Shown here one piece after another: positions 1 to 10,862 of a DNA stretch of 21,209 nucleotides. This stretch comes from Ginkgo biloba (taxonomy: Eukaryota > Plantae > Ginkgophyta), in contig JANKJI020000002.1 of the NCBI GenBank assembly GCA_024626585.2, positions 197,094,790 through 197,115,998 on the forward strand, in the 5' to 3' direction. The notes beneath the pieces were generated by a model. It saw only the letters and a list, made by a program, of their open reading frames with translations, made no database searches and had not been told where the DNA came from. Position numbers and translations under genes: made by a program. Each line of letters begins with the position of its first letter. Position 1 is the first letter of the stretch.

Positions 1-569
1 ATATAAATACAAAGAATTATAATAAAGGTGGGTTGGATATTTATTATAAAAGTGGTAGTGAACAAATCTAAACTTATTTAATAGGTACATAGAAGGGCTT
101 AATGGATTATTGTCGCATCCTTCTCTAACCAGACTTAATGAGTACACGTTAAGCAAAGCCACCCAATTTTTTATATAGATTTTTTCTAAATAATAAAATT
201 CCTAAATACATAATGAAAGGATATGAAATCCTTTAATTACCATAAGCACCTTTATGGAAAGGATGATATACCTCCCATGTGTTAGTGCATAAGCATGCAT
301 AGGTCACTGGATTGATTATAAAATAACATTGCATACACAAGAGATGGTTTGTATACATAGTATTGTGTATATATATTATTCCTTTTATGTATACATAATA
401 GGGCCAATAAATGGCACATAGATATTGTTACAAGATGCATACACGATAAATCTATCATCCTTCTACTGCTTTAAGTTATCAATCTATATTATGCATGGTT
501 TGATACATCCTTGAGCAAGAAAATATTCATGCATGCTTAAGGACATGGTATGGTAGACTAAGATAACAA

Positions 570-691
570 TCTCTCTCTCTCTCTCTTACACACACACTCT
601 CTCTCTCTCATATAAAGAAATAAACACTCTCTCTCTCTCTCACACACACTCACTCTCACATGCATGCACACACATACACATATATGTGTGT

Positions 692-748
<57 letters not shown>
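570..748. repeat. Compound microsatellite: (CT)n/(CA)n blocks followed by about (AG)27
   Basis: Directly visible. Two (CT)n-(CA)n blocks at about 570-610 and 624-660, a CA/TA/TG core, and a perfect AG run at 694-748. Confidence 0.97.
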
Positions 749-752
<4 letters not shown>

Positions 753-1084
753 AAATTTATAACGATTTAGAGAACTTATTATTAATTTGATGGATAAATG
801 GAAATTCCTATGAGAAATGCTCAAAATTTATGTAGTTGAAGTTGTAATTAGAGTTTTTATGTTTTCAATAGTGTTTCTTGCTTTGTTCTTTCTTTTATGT
901 GTGTGTAGAAAATATTTAGAAATAGACTCATAATTTTGATAATTCTCACTAAGCCAATGTTTTGTAAATCAATTCCAATGTGGAATGTAAGGGAGATATT
1001 ATCTAAGTTAATTATGGCTAATAACTAAAGAAATTGGAATAGTACAAATTCCTATAGTATCCATAACTCAATTTACAATAAGAG

Positions 1085-1222
1085 ATTATGATACTTTAGC
1101 ACTAAACATGTTGACTATGATGGTGACATCGTACGTCTATATAATTAGTGAAGCTTAAATGTAACTTATAGCTCTAATAATTATGACACTTGTATCACTA
1201 AACTTGGTGATTATGAAGGTGA
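1085..1222. repeat. Imperfect direct repeat of about 43 bp (2 copies, 95 bp apart)
   Basis: ATTATGATACTT-TAGCACTAAACATGTTGACTATGATGGTGA (1085-1126) versus ATTATGACACTTGTATCACTAAACTTGGTGATTATGAAGGTGA (1180-1222). Confidence 0.75.
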
Positions 1223-2283
1223 TTGATGGGCTTCATGCATGGCCACACGCAAAGGGAGCATGTATTTTGAGAAACATATGTTTTTTAAGAGAACATTGTC
1301 ATTGACCTACATTTACAACACTAACATTGGCCCACCTTAAAATGGTTACATGTGTACGTGACGACTAATGGTAGATTGTGTGTGCCCGAGGATATCTAAG
1401 AGAGGGGTCATCGGGTTGAATCTACCAAGGAGTTAAGCGTACTTACATCATCTTGACAAAATAAACCATTTCCTATTCTACTAAGAATTCAATTTAGTTT
1501 CAATGACAATAAAGTTAACATGTAAATAGGGCAGTGGTGCAAAGTGCTTTTCCAACACGATAAAGTGAAAATTGTGGAGTTTTTAGTTTTTCAATGAATG
1601 TGTCATTTTCAATTCTATTAAGAGTTGCATTCATTTTTATTAACCAAAAAAAAAAAAAAGATCATTACAACTTGTCTAAAAATCCAAGGAAATCATTTTC
1701 GTCCATTAGGGTGAATGCAAATTACAATGGTGAATATTGACTCAATGATCACACATTCACAAGAAATAGCCTCGTGGAGTATTTCTATGCACAGATTTTC
1801 AACTACAAATCCAATGCACCATTTGTCAAAAAATTCAATAAAATTTCACCTCCTCCACTTAAAGCATGCTCCTACCATTGCCTTAATAATTCATGTTGGA
1901 TATATTAAAAAAGAGTGCGTCTTAAAATTGTTTCTACGACTTAAAAATCCTCTACGATGCGATTATACATGTTGCTATTGACAAATTGCATGTCGATGTT
2001 AAAGGTGATAAAAAAATACACACAACTATAGAGTTTGGCAAGTTGAAATGGCCGATGAAAACATATAGAATAGAGTAGTTAATACGATAAAATGCTCCGA
2101 TTATTATTGTTTTAAATATAAAAAAAGGNNNNNNNNNNNNNNNNNNNNNNNNNNNNNNNNNNNNNNNNNNNNNNNNNNNNNNNNNNNCCGTGTAGCCTTT
2201 ATCCAACGCAATATTTATTGCATTGTTTACATAAATTTGGCTTTGGGTAAAGGTGAGAGAAGCTGGTAAGAAGTTGGCAGTCC

Positions 2284-2490
2284 TTGACTTTGACGAAAAG
2301 CGTTCAAAATTTAAAAGCATGAGCTGGCATTTCCAGAAGATGGACTTTTCCATTCTTCGAAGTACCAACAACAGTAATGACACGTGGCAATTGAAAAGCT
2401 AACTCGTTAGAAAGTCAAACTAGCTATCTAAGACTTGAAGTCCAGCAGGTTTATTCCCACTGACCGGAATCGTCCGATGGAGGAAAGTCC
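2284..2490 (+). promoter_or_regulatory. Cluster of defence/stress cis-element matches in the proximal promoter of the RLK
   Basis: W-box TTGACT 2284-2289, TGACG 2291-2295, GGACTTTTC 2342-2350, ABRE/G-box ACACGTGGC 2380-2388, reverse W-box AGTCAA 2413-2418, reverse GGACTTTCC 2482-2490. All lie 90-300 bp upstream of the ATG. Motif matches only. Confidence 0.5.
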
Positions 2491-2581
2491 TTGCTCTCTT
2501 GAGGCTGTCTCTCCTGGCTCCTACAAACGATTTCTGTTGCAGGTTGTGATTGCTCTTTCCTTCACAATTTAGAAGAGTAAG

Positions 2582-3310
2582 ATGAATGCAGCATCAGCCA
2601 TAGTTGTTGTGTTCATTCTGAATGCGTTGGCATTGGGCTGGGCGCTGTCTGATGATGGAAATGCATTGCTGTCATTCAAGAGGAATCTCGAAAGCCGTTC
2701 CCAGCTTCAACTCGGTTCATGGAATGCTTCTTCCAAATCTCCATGCAGATGGACTGNNNNNNNNNNCGTTTCTTGCAGCGACAAATCCCAGCGGGTCACA
2801 GCTCTGAATTTGGCTTCCTTCAATCTGGAAGGAATTATAGCGCCGGAGCTTGGAAATCTGACCAAATTACAGGCACTTTTGCTTTCAAACAACAGTTTGT
2901 CAGGGCCTATACCTGCAGAGCTTGCGAATTGTCAGAATCTTTCAGTTATTGATTTAGGAACAAATTATATCGACTCTATTCCTTGGGAGATTGGAAAAAT
3001 GCAGTCGTTGACGCAACTGCTACTGAATTTGAATTCGTTGGAAGGAGAAATTCTGCAGTTAATTACCAGTTGCAGAAACCTCGAGGTGTTGGATGTCAGC
3101 CAGAATTATATTAATGGAAGCATTCCGTTAGAGCTGACGGAGATGAAGAAACTGAGTTTTCTTAATTTGACTTTCAATAATTTGGGCGGTCGGATACCTC
3201 CGGAATTGGGCAATCTCACGGATCTACAGGCTCTCCGTCTTGGTAAAAATAATTTCACAGGGCCAATTCCTGCAGAGCTTGGTAAACTTACCAAGCTTCG
3301 AATCTTGGAG
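2582..3310 (+). CDS. MIK2-like: LRR receptor-like kinase, MIK2-like, 5' part: signal peptide, LRRNT cap, LRRs 1-7 and the start of LRR 8
   Basis: Hydrophobic signal peptide MNAASAIVVVFILNALALGWALS, then plant LRRNT (DGNALLSFK...SW...PCRWT[G]VSC) and plant LRRs (LxxLxLxxNxLxGxIP). LRR consensus stops after ...ELGKLTKLRILE at 3310. The ORF tail to 3379 is not LRR-like. Confidence 0.9.
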
Positions 3311-3960
3311 CATCAACTTCGACCAGAAAACAAGACTCTTCTTATAAATCTATCTATTAAATGTTCCTCAAAGTTGTGACTGTGTCAATATATACATGTC
3401 TTAAAATGATTTCTGCTCCATTTTCCGCAAAATAGATATAGAAATACCACCCCAAATGTAAAGTAAGAAAGGTGCAAGGTATGGTATTCAAGATATTCAC
3501 ATGAAGGTTTAAAACTGCGTTTAAAATATGGCGGTTTTGTAAATATTTTTCGGTATTTTAAATGTAATATAGAGTATGAAAATTTTTAAAAATAGTCATT
3601 AACAGAATGTATAATTTTTTATAGAATTGTTTTTAAGGGGCAAAAATATATGGATAGTAGGAGTAAACTTTGCAAATTATTTCTCATTATAAGCAATTCG
3701 GTGAAAATTGTTTTAATTTTTAATATACTTTGAATTTTAAATTTAAAACTTTTTAATACACATTGTTTCAAGTTTAGTAACATCATTCGAAGGACACTAC
3801 ACACACCAAAAGTCTTAGAAAATTGGGCAAAGAACATCTATCAAAAATCCAACTAGAGATAAAATTTAAAGATAACAACTCCCTTCAAAGGGCAATTTTT
3901 TCGTTATAATAGTTCCAAAATTTTTCGCTCTTCAATGGAACAGTCAAGACCACATTTTCC
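3311..3960. other. Non-coding AT-rich segment interrupting the LRR exon (insertion, unusual intron or assembly chimera)
   Basis: Abrupt loss of LRR periodicity and a fall in GC after 3310, inside contiguous sequence. No GT donor at the junction (TTGGAG|CATCAA). In-frame stop at 3377-3379. The right end abuts a 100-N gap. Confidence 0.75.
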
Positions 3961-4060
3961 NNNNNNNNNNNNNNNNNNNNNNNNNNNNNNNNNNNNNNNN
4001 NNNNNNNNNNNNNNNNNNNNNNNNNNNNNNNNNNNNNNNNNNNNNNNNNNNNNNNNNNNN

Positions 4061-6085
4061 AACAATTCCTTCAATGGATCGATTCCCCCAGAGCTCGGGA
4101 GCTGTTTGAGTTTGTACGAGCTCGATCTCTCGGATAACTTGTTCACAGGTTCGATTCCCGCCGAGCTCGGCAATTTATCGTCTCTCACCAAGCTCAACTT
4201 GTTTGGAAACAGTTTCACGGGAAGAATTCCGGCAGAGTTTGGGAAACTCAAATCGGTTATAAATCTTGATATTTCCGTGAACAAACTGACGGGAACTATA
4301 CCAGACGGTATATTTAAGCTTCCCAGCCTGAATTTGCTCTATCTTCATAGCAACCGTCTGTCTGGTAACATTTCTGCGAGTTTTGGACTGTACAGTGATC
4401 TGACAAATGTAAGCCTATCGAACAACAGTCTTACGGGAAAACTTCCTCCTCAGATCTGCAAAGGAGGAACGCTGCAGCTGCTGACAGTGAACAACAATAA
4501 TCTTACAGGACCTATACCGGTGAGTCTGAAAGGTTGCAAGAGCTTGATCAGAGTTAGACTGGAGTCGAATCAGCTGGAAGGGAGTATAACAGATGCTCTC
4601 GGAGAATACCCTATCTTGCTGTACTTGGATTTGAGTTTTAATCAGCTTTATGGTGAAATTCCGACGAGTTTAGGTCAGTGCAAGAACCTTACGCTTCTGC
4701 ACATTTCCAACAATTATTTAACAGGGGAAATTCCAGGGGGAGTACTTGGTCAGCTTGGCCGGCTAGCGGACCTTAATCTGTCTTCAAATTATTTACGGGG
4801 AAATTTTCCTTTAGAAATTTGTAATCTGACAACTCTCTTCAAACTCGATCTGAGTTATAACAAGCTTTCGGGCACCATACCTCCAGACCTCGGAAATTTG
4901 AGCAATCTGCAATATTTGGCACTAGGTGGAAATAGCTTATACGGTGGAATACCTGCAGAGCTCGCGAACTGTGCTCAACTGATCTCGTTGCAGCTAAAAG
5001 GAAATAATCTGAATGGAAGCATACCGTTCACGCTTGGAAACCTTAATTATTTGCAAATAATATTGGATCTTAGCCAGAATTCGTTGTCGGGAAGAATTTC
5101 TTCGCAGCTTGGAAAATTGCAGTCGCTTATGGTTATGAATTTGTCTCATAACAATCTCACCGGTCAAATTCCGTCGACTTTTGAAGATTTGGTGTCTCTT
5201 TCGCTTCTGGATCTGTCTTACAATAACCTAGAAGGCCCCGTTCCAGTTTTCAGAATAACCAATAATTCTCTCGTAACAGATTACGATGGGAATGTGAACC
5301 TGTGCGGTTCGGAAGCTGGTTTAGCATCATGTAGGACTCCACAGGATATAATGCCAGAGGATTCGGAAAACGATTCTCGTAAAGTTGTGGCTATCGTTGT
5401 TCCAATAGCATCGGCTCTGGTAATATTGTCCGTTCTGGGAGCACTCTTCATGTGGTGGAAGAGGAGACAGTCAAGGAAAGAAGCAGACGAGGAAACGGAG
5501 AATTTATCGCTTTGGGACTCCGACAGTCGAAACATGCTGACTGAAATCTTGCAAGCGACCGAAAATTTCAGCGAGAAGTATTGCATTGGAAAGGGAGGAT
5601 TCGCTTCAGTTTACAAGGCGGCTCTTCCCTCTGGCCAAGCCNNNNNNNNNNTAAAAAGCTTTATCCGTCTATGGACGGAATTGTTGCAGACAGAAAAAGT
5701 TTCACTGCAGAAATTGAAGCACTCGCTGGGATTCGGCACCGGAACATCGTGAAGCTCTACGGCTACTGTTCACAAAACCAGCTAAGGCTTCTGGTCTACG
5801 CTTATTTGGAAAATGGCAGCCTGGGGCATATTTTACATGGCGAAGAAGCAAAGAAACTGGACTGGCCTACTCGCTACAGAATCATAGAAGGAGTAGCACA
5901 TGCATTGGCGTACCTTCATTACGACTGTAGTCCGCAGATCGTTCATCGGGACATTTCTTGTAATAATATTTTGCTGGATTCTTCGTTCGAAGCTTGCCTG
6001 TCGGACTTCGGCGTAGCTAAGCTTCTCAGCACCGACACTTCCAATTGGAGCAAAGTTGCAGGCTCGTATGGTTACATTGCTCCAG
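4061..6085 (+). CDS. MIK2-like: LRR receptor-like kinase, MIK2-like, main part: rest of LRR 8 to LRR 24, TM helix, Ser/Thr kinase subdomains I-VIII
   Basis: Sixteen more complete LRRs including LPPQICKGGTL and SLIRVRLESN, a C-cap (GNVNLCG) and TM VVAIVVPIASALVILSVLGALFMWW-KRR. Kinase motifs: EILQATENFSEKYCIGKGGFASVYKA, KKL, IRHRNIVKLYGYC, HRDISCNNILLD, SDFGVAKLL-TDTSNWSKVAGSYGYIAP. HRDIS and SNWS.VAG are characteristic of the MIK2 (At4g08850) clade. The frame changes only across the 10-N gap at 5642-5651. Confidence 0.93.
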
Positions 6086-6591
6086 GTAACTGACAATTCC
6101 TTTTTCTCAATGCTTTTCAGTTAAAAACGTTATTTTTACCTCAACTATTCCACTTTTCTCGTCTGTAAGAAAATCAATATTCAGGATTTTATACTAGACT
6201 TTTGTTCAAGCGATAAAATTTAAATTTCAGAAAATTTTAGACGGAGTAAATTTTTATGAAATCTGTTTATTTTGCTTGTTTTTGTTATGGCAAGATTAAT
6301 TCTTGACAGAATTGTTAAATCATTGTTTTTTACCCTTTAGCTTTTGTTTCAAATCTGCCCATTATTGTTATTTTTGCGGTAGACTTTGAAATGGAAAGAA
6401 TTTCTTGACAGAAATGATTTTCTAAATTTTTTTTTTTTTGTGAATTCAGTTTCTTGTGCTCCGCTCAAAATTGTTCGTCTTTTCTTATTCGAGAAGCAGA
6501 GTTGTGAAAATTAAAAAGGAGATTTTGAAGGATTGTTTGTAACGAAAAAATTTCCTAAAATTTGCCCGGATTCCTCGTTTCTACCGGAGAG
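6086..6591 (+). other. Intron in the kinase domain (3' end lost in the assembly gap)
   Basis: GCT CCA G|GTAACT donor splits the Glu codon of GYIAPE, the usual intron position in LRR-XI/XII-type RLK genes. T-rich sequence follows until the N run begins at 6592. Confidence 0.85.
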
Positions 6592-9500
6592 NNNNNNNNN
6601 NNNNNNNNNNNNNNNNNNNNNNNNNNNNNNNNNNNNNNNNNNNNNNNNNNNNNNNNNNNNNNNNNNNNNNNNNNNNNNNNNNNNNNNNNNNNNNNNNNNN
6701 NNNNNNNNNNNNNNNNNNNNNNNNNNNNNNNNNNNNNNNNNNNNNNNNNNNNNNNNNNNNNNNNNNNNNNNNNNNNNNNNNNNNNNNNNNNNNNNNNNNN
6801 NNNNNNNNNNNNNNNNNNNNNNNNNNNNNNNNNNNNNNNNNNNNNNNNNNNNNNNNNNNNNNNNNNNNNNNNNNNNNNNNNNNNNNNNNNNNNNNNNNNN
6901 NNNNNNNNNNNNNNNNNNNNNNNNNNNNNNNNNNNNNNNNNNNNNNNNNNNNNNNNNNNNNNNNNNNNNNNNNNNNNNNNNNNNNNNNNNNNNNNNNNNN
7001 NNNNNNNNNNNNNNNNNNNNNNNNNNNNNNNNNNNNNNNNNNNNNNNNNNNNNNNNNNNNNNNNNNNNNNNNNNNNNNNNNNNNNNNNNNNNNNNNNNNN
7101 NNNNNNNNNNNNNNNNNNNNNNNNNNNNNNNNNNNNNNNNNNNNNNNNNNNNNNNNNNNNNNNNNNNNNNNNNNNNNNNNNNNNNNNNNNNNNNNNNNNN
7201 NNNNNNNNNNNNNNNNNNNNNNNNNNNNNNNNNNNNNNNNNNNNNNNNNNNNNNNNNNNNNNNNNTACCCTACTTTTTTCACAATCATAGAAGGCAATGA
7301 AGTTGGTCATATAAGTCTTCTAACAAGATCAATCCACCTCTCATGTAACCATAAAAGTAATAGAGATATGTTTTCTTTCGACATGTGGCCTGCATTAGGC
7401 CTCAACCTCGTCCAGTTGTAATATTATATGTAGATGCCATATGGGAAAGGCAATCAAAATAGGGTTCTTCCCGCTTGAATGTCTTACAAAACCAAGATAT
7501 GGTTCTGCTTGCTATGAAGGTCATGAAGTCATGACACCATGGTGTATGTAATATTATATGTTCAAGTTGTATGCTTCCACTAATAATTGAACTCCTTAAT
7601 GGAATTAAGAGATAATATTCATGCTTTTCAAATGAAAGAAATATAAATTTGAAATATCAACCTTGTGGTCAACTATGACACCATTAACAAACAAAACTCT
7701 CTTAGAACTAAAGGCTTACATTATTTTCTAATATGAATTTTGATGTGGTCAATGGTCATTAACTTAGTAGGTGCACACATTACTTTCTTATTGTTTAAAA
7801 GTTTAATAGTGAGATATAGAGTGGTATCATTTCTATCCATATGCCTTACCTAAGAAAATATGTACTTGGTAAAATAAAAGTCCTTAAAATAATAGTTTCA
7901 CATTTTGGTCAATATATTAAGGAAACACTTATTTCTAAAATGATTGTCTTAAATGATGTGGCAACTTTTTGTTGCCATGTGGTAAGTGCTAATGCTAATT
8001 GCAATCATACTATGCTTATTCATATGATACATATTCGCAAGAATATATAGCAAACACGTAACTTTGTATGCTAATGTTTAGTATTGAAAGTGAGCAACAC
8101 TTGTTTCTTATCATACTATATGTCTAATTTCTCCTTTCCATAATCCACTCTTTTTTCTAATAATAATCAACCTCTACTAATAGTATTCTTTTAAGTTATT
8201 TGTGCTATTTTTCTTCTTTTTTCACACCAAAAGGTTTAATAATTTTAGTCATAAACTACTATTTTACTCATGGAAAATAATTACCNNNNNNNNNNNNNNN
8301 NNNNNNNNNNNNNNNNNNNNNNNNNNNNNNNNNNNNNNNNNNNNNNNNNNNNNNNNNNNNNNNNNNNNNNNNNNNNNNNNNNNNNGAGAGTAATCTTATT
8401 TATCTGCTATCGTATCTTTTTCATCCTCCATAGTGGTGGATAAAACTAAAAAATATGACATAAGGTATAGAGTCACATTAAGAAAGAATATCGATTATAC
8501 ACCAAAGAACCTTATAGTTCATAATGACAAGGAGTTCATTTATTTTCCTAGTTTGGCATATATTGATTCATTAGTATCAATTATTGGCACATTCTTTATC
8601 ATCCTTAGAGAGAGTATCTATTCATACAAAAGTCATATATAAAATAAATCTTAGTCTTTATCATATTAAATAATGGTTTTATAAGAACTTAGTTTCTTTA
8701 TAATTAGTATAGGAGTTTGAGTTTCTAACAATACCACATCAAATGACTTATGATTTACGATAGGTCGGTACCAGTAGTGAATTTAGAAGAGTTAATTACT
8801 CATACATATTTTTATTTATAATTAATTATTTAATTTATAAATTCACATGTGATGTAACATAAGTAGATTATTGTGATGTATTACTAGTCAAACCATATCA
8901 GTATGACTACTATGCAATTAATGGCAATTGGTCAAACATATATTTACTCAAGAAGGACACCAAAACCTACAGGTTACCTTCATTTAAAGGTAGATATGAT
9001 TTTGGTGACTATAAAGTAAGCCATAAATCTTCATACTATAATGATGCACTTTATATTACTATGTGTTAGGCCTTATCTTTATCCAATAAATTGCACATCC
9101 ATAGTGTAGGTTATTAAAGGGAAAGAGATATAAATTGATATGGTACAATATTTTGATTCATATTCTAAGCTTCAAAGGATCCCATTATAAAATATTTTTT
9201 AGTATAACATTGATCTTATTACACATGTTGGTGTGCTAGATGTAGCTTCAAATGTCTGATTGACATATAACCCTTGTTTCACTTAACCACTAACACTCTT
9301 AAAGATTCATTCATCACTTATGATTGAAATAGATTCCTTGCAATGGGCCATGGATTCTATTTTTAATTAGGGAGGCCAACTATACCTTTCAATTACACAC
9401 TGACTACCATATAACTATAATTACCCACTTTAGCACTACCACTTGTAGGATGTATTAATGACTAGTCCAAAGAGAAGTATTGTTACATTAAGAGGCAATT

Positions 9501-10629
9501 TCATATTTATTTGGTAGATTCTTTGGTTTCTTCATACCCTTAGTTCATATATAGTCATACCTTTCTTAGTCAAACATAATTAAATAGGTGGATAGTAGTA
9601 CTTATCTATATCTTCTTTGGATTCATTTTAAGTTCATGGCGATTTTAAACCTCAATGTAACTCTTAAAGGTCACCATGGAATATGCTTGGCACTACATTG
9701 TAATTTGGAACCACCTTACACTTATTGATATAGAATGGGTATTAGGCCTCCTTAGAGATGTAGTATTATAGGACGAACTCCTACTTTGATTTTCCTACTT
9801 TTACTTAAGTGCCATTTTCCTAATGTTGGTGTGAAGCACAATGGGATCCATTATGACCTAAGTAGGGATGTATTAATATATCTATGTACACTTCCTACAC
9901 TTGGAACACACATTGTATATTTTTTTATAGAGTTTCAAGTTATTCATAGATAAATACATTATTTAACATTATTCTATGGGTAAGCTAGGTCTGATGAGCA
10001 CTACCCCCATATTTTATTAGAGTTGAATATGGCTCTACTCATAGGTATACTCATTAGGAAAATTATAATTAGTTAGGATCCTACCTAATATAATCCTATT
10101 CTTATAATTAGTCCTTNNNNNNNNNNNNNNNNNNNNNNNNNNNNNNNNNNNNNNNNNNNNNNNNNNNNNNNNNNNNNNNNNNNNNNNNNNNNNNNNNNNN
10201 NNNNNNNNNNNNNNNNATTTATTCGATCAAATACTTTTTTTTCTAAACATTTGAATTTTAAATTTAACTCCCTATTTAAAAAAAAAATCAAAATTTAAAT
10301 TATTCGAACGAATAATTTTTGGACTATAACCTACAACTGTACCTCGACACAATCATTTTTCATTTGTTGATATGATAGTAAGTGGAATTATTTATTTTAC
10401 CAAACATCTGTCAAGTGTGTCATAGCATTCTGCAATTTGCTAACATGATATGATATGTGGTGTGGAAACTAGCCAACTAATTCTGATTTTGTTCAAGTTT
10501 TGGGAGATCTTTTCAAAAGGTAGGTTTTTATTTTAGTTTTTTATTTTATTTTTATTAATGAAACTAAAAAAGTTTGTAGAGTACACATGTGAAATTTCAT
10601 TGTATGTGAATGCATGAACAAATAATTCA

Positions 10630-10862
10630 TAAGGATTCATAATTGTTATTTTTTCATTTACAAAAATAAGTATAATTGAATAAAATTAAGGATGTATACT
10701 AAATGTTTGACAAAATGTATTAAACATGAGAACTAAGGATGCATACAAACTATTTGAAAAAATATCTCAATCATGAATATTTGAGAGAAAGATCAATAAA
10801 TATTAGGATTCATACAAAGTGTTTGAAAAAATATGTTAATTGTAAAAACTTGTGAGAAAGCA
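10630..10862. repeat. Degenerate tandem repeat, 3 copies plus a partial
   Basis: Core TAAGGAT(G/T)(C/T)ATAC.AA.T.TTTGA.AAAAT at 10687, 10734 and 10803, with a partial at 10630. The last two copies also share T.TG.GAGAAAG. Confidence 0.7.

Noticed and set aside
558-824. 88-aa SL/CV/RE-rich ORF
   Set aside because: It is a translation of the microsatellite.
2757-2766. Apparent extra residues in the LRRNT cap
   Set aside because: Flanks read ACT G|C GTT. A single G restores the canonical WTGVSC, so the 10 Ns overstate a gap of about 1 nt.
3282-3288. G|GTAAAC as splice donor explaining the interruption
   Set aside because: LRR consensus continues in frame for nine codons past it. Not excluded without RNA data.
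3308-3362. GAGCATC as a Harbinger/Tourist TIR start, or TCTATCTATTAAA as a Helitron 5' end
   Set aside because: The matches are too short, there is no TWA target site, and no partner end is visible.
3935-3960. ATG at 3935 as the start of an independent 605-aa RLK
   Set aside because: MEQSRPHF is not a signal peptide and is joined to the LRRs only through Ns.
5642-5651. Apparent frameshift between TM/juxtamembrane and kinase ORFs
   Set aside because: It coincides with a 10-N padded gap. Restoring GQA-VAV-KKL needs 8 nt, so this is most simply an assembly artefact and not pseudogenisation.
2622-6096. Short antisense and alternative-frame ORFs overlapping the RLK
   Set aside because: Shadow ORFs of the LRR/kinase coding sequence with no independent motifs.
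10630-10862. Repeat-spacer pattern as a CRISPR-like array
   Set aside because: Eukaryotic context, degenerate repeats, spacers related to each other, and no cas genes.
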